A DNA stretch of 64,000 nt from an uncultured Methanosarcinales archaeon (GCA_964445165.1 CAYUJZ010000001.1:1591-65590), one strand, 5' to 3'. Shown: positions 44,923 to 55,526, counted from the stretch's first letter. The notes: generated from the letters alone by a model not told the origin. Translations and numbers: made by a program.

Positions 44923-47900
44923 TCAGTATTTTACTGAAAGCCTTGTTTCTGTGTCCTTGGATATGAGGAAGCAGGAGAAAGGGTACGCCCTGTTCTTCAT
45001 GTCCTGCCCCAGAATAATTATTCTCAGGTTCCTTGCCTTAGGCAGCTCAAACCCGTAAATTGTACCGCAATAGGTCTGCCTTGGGCTAAGCTCAGTTATT
45101 GTCCTGTTTATTCTTATTGCCGAGTATGACCTGCCTGAGACAAACTTCTCCGGCAGGTCAAGCCTTGTGGCTATTGAAGAGAGATTGCCAAAAAGAAGAG
45201 GAGCAAGGCTGTCTTCCAATACAACTGCATAAAGGGTATTGGGGTGGCTGGAGTATATTATATCCAGGCACAGCTCAGCCTCGTGCGCATAAGCCCTGGG
45301 AATGGATGTCAGGTTAAAGCTCAAGACTGGATAAAAGCCCAGGCCGTCTGCTCCTGAATTGGATTTCGCACAAAAGAATGACGCATTGCTGCCAAGGTCC
45401 TGGGAGCAGGTTGGGCAAAAGCTCACAAGCTCTGCTGATATGTTAGTAAAAACTACTGTCTCTGTAGGTGTTGCATTCTTGGTTATGTTCATAAAGCTGA
45501 AGCGGATAACGGAATCTTCATCAGGAACAGAAAGCTCTAATTCCATCTCAGCACACTGGCCGGTCTCTGCAATATAGCCTTCTTCATTTTCTTCAAAGAA
45601 TATATTAAAGCTCACAGCATCTTTGCTTTCTGGCTCTGGCTCATCCTGAACAGATGCAGAATCAGTTTGAAAGCCGTCCTGCTGCTCCGGCTCTGGCTCA
45701 GAGCCTGTTAAGTTGTCTGCCTGGTTATGCTGGATGGTTGAGTTTGCTTCCAGTTCAGATAGATCCGGCTCAGATGAATCTTCACCGGCTTCAGCCAAAT
45801 CTGCTGGTTGAGGCTCAGCAGAGTTAGTTAAGTTTCCGGCTCTCTCTGTTTCGTTTATAAAGATGCTTTCAGGGTCTGTCTTGCTTTCGGCGGGCTCAAC
45901 TGATACATTGTTTGCAACTGGCTCACGAAGCCCTCTGCACACAATTGCCTTAACCTCAAATTCAGATTTGTTGTGGGAAGATATAAGGAGCGTATCGTTA
46001 AACTCTGTTTCAAAACTCACATTCCATGAGCCATTAATCCAGGAGCCTGATGAGAGGGAGAAGGTATCGTATATTGAGTAGATTGAAAATGATGACACCT
46101 GATAAGGCAGAATCTCATTGAATGTAATTCTGGCTATGCTGTTTGAGGCTGTGGGCTTGGTAAAGCTTATTTCATTGGTTGGGGAAACTATCTGGTATTG
46201 GTGAGCAGGCTTTTCTTCCATCTCAATAATAAAGTCGTAATAGGTAATGTTATCAAGGTTTTTTAACCTGAACTCTTTATAATGTGTGAGGCCGGTAACT
46301 ATTGAGTAATTTGACTGTGTCCTTATTCCTCTGGTGTAATATGTTATAACTATTTCCTTTGTGGCAAAGGGGTCATAGAAATCAGTTACATGAATTATTA
46401 AAGAGTCAGGGGCTTCTGTGACTGAAAACCCTTTCTGCTGGATTTGCCCTGACTCTTTTTCAGAGCCCTGGCTAAGGTTAATTGCTGATTTGTTATGCAT
46501 TGCCTCTATCTTTGGCTGGTTTTCTAGGGAGGAATTTTCTGGTTTTTGTTGTGCTGGACTTCCTGGCTCAGTGTAATCCCGAGAATCGCTTTCGGTCTCT
46601 TCGGAATCGGGTGAATGCAACTCATGCAAAACTGCAGGCGAAATCAAAGAAAGCTTTTGCCTGTTGGAAGATACAGAGATGTTCTCTGCATGCGTGGGTA
46701 TGGACACTGAGATTGTCTTGTATTTCCAGTCTCTCTCCTGGTTGGTTACCCTGATGGCTTTTCTCCATTCTGCTGGCTGGTCAAGCTCAAGCTTGTACAG
46801 GTCTGCCAGCTTTTCATCAAAAATCTTCTCCGATATGTTGTCAGCGATGTCTTCATCTGTTATATTCATATCATCTGTTATATTAACGGAAATGTTAAGC
46901 TCCTCCGGAGAATAGGTATAATTCACATAAAATTCCAGCGAGGTAATGTTTATTGAGTCGAATGCCATTACCTTTACTCTTCTCTCTCCTTCAAAGGGTA
47001 TGCTTGCATAAAGATTAAGCTCTGACTGCTCAACAAAAGAGACTACCGGGAAGTCTGATACAGCAAGGAAAACCAATGTGTCGTTGTCTGGATCACGGAA
47101 GGTTGTATTTAAGTCGATTGAAAATGTTTCATTTTGCTTAAGCGAAAGAAATGAGATGTTTCCTATAATCTCTGGCGGGCTGTTTGGCTCTTCTGCAGTT
47201 TCTTCAACTTCTGTTTCATTTAAAAGTTGCCTAAGGGCAGCGTCTTCGACAAGGGTTATATTGAAGGCAACACTCTCTGTTTGGTTAAGGTTTGAGCAGA
47301 ATATCCTAAACCGCGAGGTGGCATTAATGTTTTTTATTGGCTCAATTATCGTTAATGAGGAGTTCTCATAAACTGAGAGAAGCGAGAAATTGTAGGCGTA
47401 TGTAAAAATAAGGGATGAATTGCTCCAGAAGTATACGCTTCGGTTTATTTCTATTTGGTCGCCAAAAGCAATCTCTATATCCGGGATTGGCTTTGAAAAA
47501 ACAGGGACAGACAGATTGTCAAGAGAGTGGTTTTCATCCAGAGGCTGATGCTCGTCGCCTATGCTTATGTTAAGTGTGGCATTATGCCGAGCAAAGACAT
47601 AGAAGATGTTTGAGTGATAGGTGTTATTATCATAATGCGCAAGCAGCTTCAGGCTGAAGTTTCCTTCTTTTTCAGGCCTATATGAAAGAAACCTGTCAGA
47701 TACAGAAGCGGTCAGGTTGTCGTAATTTATCAGCATGAATGTTGTGTTTGTGCGGTTGAATGCCGAGCTTAAGCTTAGGTATGCTGTTGTATTTGTGCGG
47801 GCTGTCTGGTTTCTCACAAAAAAGGCCAGGTTAATCTCTTCAGGAGTTTCTTCTGTAATGTTTAGCTCCGGCTTTTCAGTCTCATTAATGAACGTCTCAT

Positions 47901-48792
47901 TGTAATCTGGCTGTGTTTTGTTTATTTCCGGCTCTGTTATGTTAAGCTCTGGAGGCTCTGATTCTGTCTCGTTGATAGTTATATTCTGGATTGGCTCTGT
48001 TATGTTTATAGAAATATTGTCAGTTATGCCTTCTGAAATGTTGCCTGTTATGTTGGGAATAATTGGAGGGGTTAAGTTTAATTCTGTATCGTTAATTGAG
48101 ATGTTATCGATTTCCGGCTCGCTGATATTGCCTGTTAAATTGTCTGTGATGTTTATTAAGGAGATGTTTTCAACTATGCTGGATTCGTTTTCTGTAAGGT
48201 TTACTGTGAGGTTGTCTTCCACCGGCAGGGATATTTGCTCTTCTTCCTGATCGCGGCTTCGCCCTGGGCGGATGGTTATGCCTTCGGGCTCTTCTGTTTC
48301 CGGCTCTTCCAGCTCTTGCTCTGGCTGAGGGTGCTCTTCTGGCTCTGCAACAACTGGCTCGGCTGGCTCTGATTCTGCAACTGTTTGGTTCTGCTGGGCT
48401 AAAGAGTCTGTGAAGAGCAGGCCTGTTAAAGCGTCTGTGCCGAGATCTGAATCTGCAAGAAAAGGTATTAAAAAAGCAAACATAAGCAAAGCTGCTGCCA
48501 CTGAAACCATCTTCCGCTTCTTTTCCTGCTGGCGCAGCTCGGACTGAAGCGTGGACTTCTCAAGGGCATATTTTCTCATAAAAGAGTTGTAGTGCGCTAT
48601 TGTCTCTACCCTGTCCCTGCCTCCCAACTGCTTTCTTAGCTCTTTTTCATACTCTTCGTGTGAAATCTGCCCTTTGGCATACTTTGAAAGAAGGGAATTT
48701 GCCAGGGAATTTGCTTTGGCTTTCTCATCTTCGCACTTCTTAATCTTGCTTTTTAGCTCCTTAAGCCTTGCTCTCTTTTCTGAAATGCCCAT
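44923..48792 (-). CDS. giant (1289 aa) type-II-oriented surface protein: cytoplasmic K/E coiled N-terminus, one TM helix, acidic linker, then a large ectodomain saturated with N-x-S/T sequons
   Basis: TM segment MVSVAAALLMFAFLIPFLA at about residues 95-113. The stretch NLTVNLTENESS..NISLINITDNLTGNISEPEIDNISINDTELNLT..NITGNISEGITDNISINITEPIQNITINETE shows the sequon density; more than 100 sequons overall. Confidence 0.6.
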   Translation of the reverse strand: MGISEKRARLKELKSKIKKCEDEKAKANSLANSLLSKYAKGQISHEEYEKELRKQLGGRDRVETIAHYNSFMRKYALEKSTLQSELRQQEKKRKMVSVAAALLMFAFLIPFLADSDLGTDALTGLLFTDSLAQQNQTVAESEPAEPVVAEPEEHPQPEQELEEPETEEPEGITIRPGRSRDQEEEQISLPVEDNLTVNLTENESSIVENISLINITDNLTGNISEPEIDNISINDTELNLTPPIIPNITGNISEGITDNISINITEPIQNITINETESEPPELNITEPEINKTQPDYNETFINETEKPELNITEETPEEINLAFFVRNQTARTNTTAYLSLSSAFNRTNTTFMLINYDNLTASVSDRFLSYRPEKEGNFSLKLLAHYDNNTYHSNIFYVFARHNATLNISIGDEHQPLDENHSLDNLSVPVFSKPIPDIEIAFGDQIEINRSVYFWSNSSLIFTYAYNFSLLSVYENSSLTIIEPIKNINATSRFRIFCSNLNQTESVAFNITLVEDAALRQLLNETEVEETAEEPNSPPEIIGNISFLSLKQNETFSIDLNTTFRDPDNDTLVFLAVSDFPVVSFVEQSELNLYASIPFEGERRVKVMAFDSINITSLEFYVNYTYSPEELNISVNITDDMNITDEDIADNISEKIFDEKLADLYKLELDQPAEWRKAIRVTNQERDWKYKTISVSIPTHAENISVSSNRQKLSLISPAVLHELHSPDSEETESDSRDYTEPGSPAQQKPENSSLENQPKIEAMHNKSAINLSQGSEKESGQIQQKGFSVTEAPDSLIIHVTDFYDPFATKEIVITYYTRGIRTQSNYSIVTGLTHYKEFRLKNLDNITYYDFIIEMEEKPAHQYQIVSPTNEISFTKPTASNSIARITFNEILPYQVSSFSIYSIYDTFSLSSGSWINGSWNVSFETEFNDTLLISSHNKSEFEVKAIVCRGLREPVANNVSVEPAESKTDPESIFINETERAGNLTNSAEPQPADLAEAGEDSSEPDLSELEANSTIQHNQADNLTGSEPEPEQQDGFQTDSASVQDEPEPESKDAVSFNIFFEENEEGYIAETGQCAEMELELSVPDEDSVIRFSFMNITKNATPTETVVFTNISAELVSFCPTCSQDLGSNASFFCAKSNSGADGLGFYPVLSFNLTSIPRAYAHEAELCLDIIYSSHPNTLYAVVLEDSLAPLLFGNLSSIATRLDLPEKFVSGRSYSAIRINRTITELSPRQTYCGTIYGFELPKARNLRIIILGQDMKNRAYPFSCFLISKDTETRLSVKY

Positions 48793-48905
48793 TTCCTGCT
48801 TTTTTCTCGGGCTTTGTTTTTATAAACCTTTCTCAAAAGCTGGGTTCCTGAATGCCTGATTCTGAGAAAACCTGAAACTAGCACAATCTTTTTATACTAA
48901 CAGGA

Positions 48906-50285
48906 ATGACATGGCTAAATATGGTATTGGAAAAGCTAGGGGAATCGCTGAAGGGCACTCTCAGCAAGATTAAGAATGCTATTTTTGTTGACGAAAAGCT
49001 TATAAATGAGATTGTGAAGGAGATTCAGAGGTCTCTTATCCAGTCTGATGTAAATATTGCGCTTGTGCAGGAGATTTCCCAGAGCATTAAGAAGAAGTTC
49101 AGGGAGGAAAAGGCTATTCCGGGCCTGTCTGAGAAAGAGAGAATTATCAAGATTCTTTATGAGGAGCTTGCGGGGCTGATGGGGGGCGAGGCTGCTGGCG
49201 AGCCTAAGATTGAAAAAAGGCCTTTTAAGATAATGCTCGTAGGGCTGTTTGGCTCGGGAAAGACTACCCAGGCTGCTAAGCTTGGGAATTACTATGCCAA
49301 GAGGGGATATAAGGTTGCGCTTGTCTCTACGGATACATGGAGGCCTGCTGCTTTTGAGCAGCTTGAGCAGCTTGGCAAAAAAATCAACCTTCCTGCTTTT
49401 GGAAACAAAAAGGAAAAAAACCCGCTTAAGATTTATGAAAGCTTTGAAAAGCAGCTTAAGGAGTTCGACATTGTTATTATCGACACTGCCGGCAGGGATG
49501 CACTGAGCAAGGAGCTTATTGATGAGCTCGAAAAACTGTACAAGAAAATTTTGCCTGATGAAGTTCTTCTTGTACTGAGCGCAGACATTGGGCAGAGTGC
49601 AGAAAAGCAGGCCAGGGCTTTTCATGAAACAACTCATGTTACCGGAGTTATTATAACCAAGCTTGACGGAACTGCAAAAGGGGGAGGGGCGCTAAGCGCG
49701 TGCTCTGTTACCAATGCGAAGGTTAAGTTTATTGGCACAGGAGAGAAAATCAATGACTTTGAGAAATTCAACCCTAAGGGGTTTGTCGGCAGGATGCTCG
49801 GGCTGGGAGATATTGATGCGCTACTCGAAAAGGCTAAAGAGAGCATTGATGAGGAAAGGGCAAAAGACCTGGGGAGCAAGTTCCTGAAGGGGGAATACAA
49901 CCTTCTTGATCTGTACGAGCAGATTGAGGCAATGAAAAAGATGGGGCCGCTGAATAAGATAATCCAGATGATTCCGGGGCTGGGTGGGGCTAACCTCCCA
50001 AAGGAGATGCTTGACCTTCAGGACCAGAAGCTTGATGAGTGGAAGATTATCTTTAACTCGATGACAAAAGGAGAGCTTGAAAGCCCTGGAGAGCTGAATA
50101 TTTCAAGGATTAGGAGAATTGCTGAAGGCTCTGGCAAAAAGGAAGAGGATGTAAGGGAAATTGTCAAGTACTACAAGAAATCCAAGAAGATTATGAAGCT
50201 TTTCAAGGGAAAGAGCGAGAAGGGCCTTGAGAAGATGATGGGCAACATGGGAAATATGAAAGGGATGAAGAACATGAAATTCTGA
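48906..50285 (+). CDS. srp54: signal recognition particle protein SRP54
   Basis: GLFGSGKTT, DTWRPAAFEQL, DTAGR, TKLDGTAKGGGALS, Met-rich C-terminal M domain. Confidence 0.95.
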   Translation: MTWLNMVLEKLGESLKGTLSKIKNAIFVDEKLINEIVKEIQRSLIQSDVNIALVQEISQSIKKKFREEKAIPGLSEKERIIKILYEELAGLMGGEAAGEPKIEKRPFKIMLVGLFGSGKTTQAAKLGNYYAKRGYKVALVSTDTWRPAAFEQLEQLGKKINLPAFGNKKEKNPLKIYESFEKQLKEFDIVIIDTAGRDALSKELIDELEKLYKKILPDEVLLVLSADIGQSAEKQARAFHETTHVTGVIITKLDGTAKGGGALSACSVTNAKVKFIGTGEKINDFEKFNPKGFVGRMLGLGDIDALLEKAKESIDEERAKDLGSKFLKGEYNLLDLYEQIEAMKKMGPLNKIIQMIPGLGGANLPKEMLDLQDQKLDEWKIIFNSMTKGELESPGELNISRIRRIAEGSGKKEEDVREIVKYYKKSKKIMKLFKGKSEKGLEKMMGNMGNMKGMKNMKF

Positions 50286-50298
50286 GATTTGCCTGCCT

Positions 50299-51783
50299 TT
50301 ACTGAATCACATAGAATTCTTTTAAGAGCTTCCTGCATATTGCCTTTGCGTGACGAAGCTTTTGCTCGCTGTTTGAGTAAACTGTAAAAAGCAGCTGCCC
50401 TTTCTGGACATTTTCCTCTTCCAGCCTGTCAAGGTAGATGCCGGCCTCTGCGTCTTTTGGCGCGCCTGCTGCTCTTGCTATTGAGACAGCAATGTCGTTT
50501 TTTATTGTCTTTACCCTGCCTGACCTGTATGCCTTAACTTTGTAAGAGAGCTTGCCAAGGGGAATTGTGCCTGGCTCAATATGCTTTTTTCCCTGGGCTT
50601 TGATGATTTCCACCATCTTGTCGTATGCAAGCCCAGAGTCAAGTATCTTCCTGGCTATTGCAAGCCCATTTCTTTTTCCGGCCATCTCTATCATCTTGCC
50701 AGCCATCTGCAGGGATTTTTTCCTTAAGTCTAAAGGCTGCCTCGGGTCATTTTTCAGCACATAAAGAACATCCCTTGCTTCCAGTGCTGGGCCAATCCCT
50801 TTCCCGACTGGCTTTGAGCCTTTGCTGTACATTAAATGGATTTCTAAGCCAATCTTTTTTCCAACATACTGAAAAATGCCCCCTAGCTTTTCAGCCCTGG
50901 GCTTGGTCTTTACTTTGGCTCCTGGCCCATAGGGAATGTCTATCAGTACATGCGTGCTTGAGACTGACTTTTTCTTTCCGAGTACGCTTGCTACGAGCTG
51001 CCCATATGCATCTATTCCCAGCGGGTGCTCTACCCTGATGATGATGTCATCTGCTGGGGCCAGGGAAAGTGCGCCTCCCCAGACAATGCAGGCTCCTGTC
51101 TTTGCAACAACCTTCTTGACTTTTTCAAGCGGAATCGCAACATTGCATAAGACTTCCATTGTATCTGCTGTGCCTGCTGGGCTGGTTATGCTTCTTGACG
51201 ATGTTTTTGGAACGGTATAGCCTGCTGCTGCCACAATCGGTACTACAAGCATTGTAGTCCTGTTTCCAGCAACCCCGCCAATGCAGTGCTTGTCAAGCAC
51301 AAATTTCTTGTTTAGCTTAAGGATATCGCCAGTGCTTATCATTGCCTTTGTAAGAGATGCTGTTTCTTCATTAGAAAGCCCGTGCACATAGCAGGCAGAA
51401 ACGAAATATGTGGTCTCGATTTCGCTTAGCGCGTTTCTTGCAATGTCCCTGATGATTGGAATAAATTCTTTCTCTGAAAGCTCCTTTCCATCAAGCTTTT
51501 TCCTGATGCATGCAAGAGAATGGGATTTTTCAATAAACGCAGCATCAAGAAGCCCTGAATTGCCAAGCCTCTGGCAGAGCTCCAGGTTCAAGCCCAGGCT
51601 GCCCGGCGGAACCAGCGAATCGTCTTTTGTTGTGTCAACAATGGCAATTGCCTTTTTAGAGCCTTTCTTAAGCTCGAGCCTGTCCCCCCTATGAAGATTA
51701 TTTTCTGCAGCATCAGAAAGGCTTACAACTGCAACAAGAGGACCGCCTGAAGAAATCTGTATTCTCTTAATCCTGAATCTCAT
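50299..51783 (-). CDS. AMP phosphorylase / thymidine phosphorylase family protein
   Basis: KHCIGGVAGNRTTMLVVPIVAAAG and SITSPAGTADTME. The ~500 aa size with an N-terminal extension fits archaeal AMP phosphorylase. Confidence 0.75.
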   Translation of the reverse strand: MRFRIKRIQISSGGPLVAVVSLSDAAENNLHRGDRLELKKGSKKAIAIVDTTKDDSLVPPGSLGLNLELCQRLGNSGLLDAAFIEKSHSLACIRKKLDGKELSEKEFIPIIRDIARNALSEIETTYFVSACYVHGLSNEETASLTKAMISTGDILKLNKKFVLDKHCIGGVAGNRTTMLVVPIVAAAGYTVPKTSSRSITSPAGTADTMEVLCNVAIPLEKVKKVVAKTGACIVWGGALSLAPADDIIIRVEHPLGIDAYGQLVASVLGKKKSVSSTHVLIDIPYGPGAKVKTKPRAEKLGGIFQYVGKKIGLEIHLMYSKGSKPVGKGIGPALEARDVLYVLKNDPRQPLDLRKKSLQMAGKMIEMAGKRNGLAIARKILDSGLAYDKMVEIIKAQGKKHIEPGTIPLGKLSYKVKAYRSGRVKTIKNDIAVSIARAAGAPKDAEAGIYLDRLEEENVQKGQLLFTVYSNSEQKLRHAKAICRKLLKEFYVIQ

Positions 51784-51792
51784 CTTCTGCCC

Positions 51793-52812
51793 CTACGCTA
51801 CTTTTCTTATAAACTTTATTGTGTTTATTGTCAACCCAAGTATAATTGGCCCTACAAAGATTCCTACAAACCCGAAAGTAAACAAGCCCCCAATTACTCC
51901 GACAAAGATAAGCATCGGGTGAATCCTGGTTTTTGAGCTCACAAAATAAGCCCTTACAAAGTGGTCTATATTAGCAACGACAAGTGCCCCCCACACCAGG
52001 ATGAAAACGCCATAAAAAATCATGCTGTTCGTCTCTGTGAGCACCCCATTTGCTATTTTCATTGCAGAGAGGGGAAGCCAAATTAAGCCTGTCCCAAACA
52101 CCGGGACCAGAGAGCAGATTGCCATAAGGGTGCCCCAGATAAGGGGAGAAGCGCTGGGAATGCCAAATATAAGCGAGCCAATCAGTATACCTATCCCTCC
52201 TGAAAAGCCCTGAACCAACCCAACAAGTATCTGGCCATAAACTATCCCGTAGGTTGTCTTAACTGTTTCCTTGACAAGAAAATTTGCGTGGGTTTCCTTA
52301 ATTATTTTTAATTCAAGTATTTTCTTGGTTGCAGCCACTCCATCTGAAAGAAGGAAAAAGGTTACGCCGAGGATTACAACATACCTCAAAAGGATTCCAG
52401 GAAGTGCTAGAAAAAACTGGCTTGCTTTTGCAAATACAACTGTTTTAAGGTTTTCCAGCTCGTAAAATATTGATTCCGAAAAAGGGAGCTGCTGAATAAA
52501 TGAAACTATGGGGTTTACTTCAGCATCACTGAATGAATTGAAGAAATAAATAAGCTCAGTTGTCATTGCCCTTGTAGTAAGGTATATTGGAAAAAGGGTG
52601 AGTGCAATTATTATTGAAATGATAATCAAGGAAGATATCCACTTTATCCTTATTCTCTTATTGATAAAGCTATAAAGGGGATAAAAAATGATTGTAAGAA
52701 CTATAGCAAGCAGCAGCTCCCTGTGGAGGGGCCATAACACAAAAAGAGAAAGAACCAGCAAGGCTGCCAGAAGAGCGAACTCGCTTATCTTTTCGTATTT
52801 TGATTTCCTCAT
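51793..52812 (-). CDS. AI-2E family (UPF0118/PerM-like) transporter
   Basis: 8 TM helices; motif region GFSGGIGILIGSLIFGIPS...PVFGTGLIWLP...NIDHFVRAY...RIHPMLIFVGVIGG. Confidence 0.6.
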   Translation of the reverse strand: MRKSKYEKISEFALLAALLVLSLFVLWPLHRELLLAIVLTIIFYPLYSFINKRIRIKWISSLIIISIIIALTLFPIYLTTRAMTTELIYFFNSFSDAEVNPIVSFIQQLPFSESIFYELENLKTVVFAKASQFFLALPGILLRYVVILGVTFFLLSDGVAATKKILELKIIKETHANFLVKETVKTTYGIVYGQILVGLVQGFSGGIGILIGSLIFGIPSASPLIWGTLMAICSLVPVFGTGLIWLPLSAMKIANGVLTETNSMIFYGVFILVWGALVVANIDHFVRAYFVSSKTRIHPMLIFVGVIGGLFTFGFVGIFVGPIILGLTINTIKFIRKVA

Positions 52813-52920
52813 AAATGGCTAATAACAGCCAGACTTTATAAAACTTTTCAGGATGAAGAGAGCATTTGCACCCGACAAGAATCACAAAAATATTTAAATG
52901 TAAGGTTCATTAGGCTTAAC

Positions 52921-54273
52921 ATGCATGCAAAAAGATGCACAAAAGGCAGGGAGTATGCAGCTTTTGCAAGCTTCGGCTTTCTGGCTTTGCTTCTTGCGGC
53001 TTCTTATGGGTATGCACAGGTGAATCAGAGCATAAGGGTTAATGGATGCAGGGAAATAAACCAGTCCGGGACATACCAAATAAGCAATGACATCGCGGCT
53101 ACTGCAAAGGAAAAGGCCTGCATAACTGTAAAAGCAAGCAACGTGCTAATTGATGGAAATAACAAAAGGCTTTATGGATATAACGAGTTTGGCTCAAAAA
53201 CCATTTTTGTCTGGGGAAATTCAACAAGCAAAATAAGAAATGTAACCATCAGGAATGCTAAATTCATAGAAGACTATGCAGGAGTATATGCCATTGACTC
53301 GGAAGATGTAAGGCTGGTATCCCTTTCTTTTGACAAAAGCATTATTGGAGTGCATATTGTTAACTCTTCAGGTGTTTCTGTATCAAAAAGCAGATTCAGC
53401 ACTGAGCAGAATGCAATTGTTGGCGAAGGCAGCAAAGACATATCAATTTTTGGGTCTCAGGTAAGCTCTTACAGGGGAAACGGAATCAGGCTCAAAGGGT
53501 GCTCCGGGCTAATATTATCCGATAATTTTCTTAGAGATATTCCTGGTGTTTCCCTTGAGTTTCAGGATAGCAGGGATATTGCTGTTAAGAGGTGCGCCTT
53601 TGAGGCAAATTTAAGGGGTATTCAGGCAACCGGGTGCGAAAACATAACTATTTCTGAAAGCAGGCTCTTAAGCAACCTTGAGCATGGGCTTTCCCTTCAC
53701 TCCTCGCAGGATATTGGTGTTTCTGGAAACAGCTTTCTGGGAAACTCCGTGGGCATATTCACCCAGCAGGCATCAGGAATCACACTCTCAGACAATGCTT
53801 ACCTGGAGAATAACTTTGCTGTAATGATAAGAAACTCCAGCAGCGTGCTTGCCGGGGATATGGATATAAACAATAACACAAATGCTTATGTTGTTCACGA
53901 AACAGAGGGGTTTGAAGGATTTCTTTCCAGTTTTAACAGCAGCTTTAGGGATTTCTTCTTCAGCAGCAGCAACGGAAACATCTCTGGCACTCTGGAACAA
54001 TTTAAGAGTGCTTCTATAATTGCAGAAAGGTCAGACATAAGATTTATTGTAGAAAGCAATGGAAACATTACTATGGAAACAACCCTGGAATTTACTTTTG
54101 AGGAAGAAGAGGAAGTTCCTCTTAATGTTTCCATAAAAGAACAGCGTAGAAGAGACTTGGCAGGGTTTTTTACAGCAAGAAACCTGCTTATTTTAGGGGT
54201 TTCAGTAATCCTGATTTACCTTCTTTCATCAGAAGCAAAAAGAAAAAAAAGAAGGAATAAAAAGAATAAATAA
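52921..54273 (+). CDS. secreted right-handed parallel beta-helix (NosD/pectate-lyase-like) repeat protein with a C-terminal TM anchor and basic tail
   Basis: Signal peptide; repeated ~22-aa units (IRNVTIRNAKF.., VSVSKSRF.., IRLKGCSGLILSDNF..); C-terminal LLILGVSVILIYLL then RKKRRNKKNK. Confidence 0.6.
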   Translation: MHAKRCTKGREYAAFASFGFLALLLAASYGYAQVNQSIRVNGCREINQSGTYQISNDIAATAKEKACITVKASNVLIDGNNKRLYGYNEFGSKTIFVWGNSTSKIRNVTIRNAKFIEDYAGVYAIDSEDVRLVSLSFDKSIIGVHIVNSSGVSVSKSRFSTEQNAIVGEGSKDISIFGSQVSSYRGNGIRLKGCSGLILSDNFLRDIPGVSLEFQDSRDIAVKRCAFEANLRGIQATGCENITISESRLLSNLEHGLSLHSSQDIGVSGNSFLGNSVGIFTQQASGITLSDNAYLENNFAVMIRNSSSVLAGDMDINNNTNAYVVHETEGFEGFLSSFNSSFRDFFFSSSNGNISGTLEQFKSASIIAERSDIRFIVESNGNITMETTLEFTFEEEEEVPLNVSIKEQRRRDLAGFFTARNLLILGVSVILIYLLSSEAKRKKRRNKKNK

Positions 54274-54284
54274 TGCTTTCTCCT

Positions 54285-54686
54285 TCAGCTGGCTTTTTTG
54301 TTTTTCTCCTGCTTCTTATCCTGGGAAGGTGCTTTTTGCTTTTGCTTCTCGGGATTTGCCAGTGCCACATTTTCCACAAGCCTCGAAATCTTTGACTCCA
54401 GCTGCTCTGTTTTCAGTGCCTGCCTGATTAGCAGGTAAAACAATACAATTACCGATAGGTATAGAAGAAAGTCTGAGCCCCTCTGGATTCCAAAAAGCGA
54501 GGCTGCTGCAAAGGAAAGCTGGGGAAACAACCCAACAATTATCATAACAAGCCCGCCTGCAGAGAAAAGAAGGTAGCTTTCCTTTTTTAGCTTGTTCCAG
54601 GACAGGTTCAGCCTGGAAAAAACAATAATGAATACTCCCAATACAATCAGCAGAATGCTAAAAGGTGTCATTTTTTTATCCTCCAA
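54285..54686 (-). CDS. small 2-TM membrane protein, DUF2304-like
   Basis: 133 aa with two TM helices, FPQL motif and a C-terminal coiled segment; overlaps the GT2 gene by 11 nt. Confidence 0.45.
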   Translation of the reverse strand: MEDKKMTPFSILLIVLGVFIIVFSRLNLSWNKLKKESYLLFSAGGLVMIIVGLFPQLSFAAASLFGIQRGSDFLLYLSVIVLFYLLIRQALKTEQLESKISRLVENVALANPEKQKQKAPSQDKKQEKNKKAS

Positions 54687-55368
54687 ATATTTTTTTGTTT
54701 ATCATTCTGATAACAATCTTCAGGGCGTTTGATGTTTTTTGGCCTTTGCTCAAACTTTCCTCTGAGTAGGTAATGGTTACCGGAACCTCAACAAACCTGA
54801 TTCCTTTTTTATGGATTTCGTCAAGTATCTCTGATGCGTGCGCCATGTCATTTATCTTTATCTCTATCTTTGAGGCTGCTTTTCTTGACAGCGCCCTGAA
54901 GCCGTTGTGGGTGTCAGTAACCTTTATTCTGGATATTAACCTTGTGAAAACAACACCTGCCTTGAGGAAAAGCTTTCTTGAGCGCGGTATATTCACAGCA
55001 GCGCCTTTGCTGATAAACCTTGACCCAAGCGCTGCATCTGCCTTGCCTTCAATTATTGGCTTAATCAGCCTGGAGATTTCACCTGCCTGATGCTGGCCAT
55101 CCCCGTCAAAAGTAACAATGATGCCTGCCCCTGCTTTCAGGGCGTAACGAATTCCTGTCCTGAGGGCTGCACCTTGGCCTAAGTTTACCGGATGGGTTAG
55201 CACAGTCGCCCCTGAAGCGAGCGCAGCTTCTTTTGTCCTGTCTCTGGAGCCATCGTTAACTACAACAATATTCTGATAGCCATGGCTTTTCAGGTCCGAA
55301 ATGGCTTTACTGATTCTCTTATCCTCGTTGTATGCTGCAACAACCACAAAGATTTCTGGGGATTTCAT
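54676..55368 (-). CDS. family 2 glycosyltransferase (dolichyl-phosphate sugar synthase-like)
   Basis: VVVAAYNEDKRI, VVVNDGSRDRT, TFDGDGQH (DxD region). Confidence 0.85.
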   Translation of the reverse strand: MKSPEIFVVVAAYNEDKRISKAISDLKSHGYQNIVVVNDGSRDRTKEAALASGATVLTHPVNLGQGAALRTGIRYALKAGAGIIVTFDGDGQHQAGEISRLIKPIIEGKADAALGSRFISKGAAVNIPRSRKLFLKAGVVFTRLISRIKVTDTHNGFRALSRKAASKIEIKINDMAHASEILDEIHKKGIRFVEVPVTITYSEESLSKGQKTSNALKIVIRMINKKIFGG

Positions 55369-55526
55369 TGGGCTTCTGTCAGAATCTTTTCCTTATCGTT
55401 TCCAAGCTTCTTCTGGCAGGATGAGCACACCGCAACCTGCTTTCCTTTTTTATCTTTGATGTATGTTCCAAGGATTTTGTTCAGGAAGATTGTCTTTATC
55501 TTTTCTCCACATATTTTGCATTTCAT
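55365..55526 (-). CDS. small (53 aa) Zn-ribbon protein (CxxC...CxxC), translationally coupled on both sides
   Basis: My hand translation gives MKCKICGEKIKTIFLNKILGTYIKDKKGKQVAVCSSCQKKLGNDKEKILTEAQ. Its ATG overlaps the Kae1 stop (ATGA), and its TGA overlaps the GT2 ATG. It is below the ORF-track size cutoff. Confidence 0.4.
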   Translation of the reverse strand: MKCKICGEKIKTIFLNKILGTYIKDKKGKQVAVCSSCQKKLGNDKEKILTEAQ

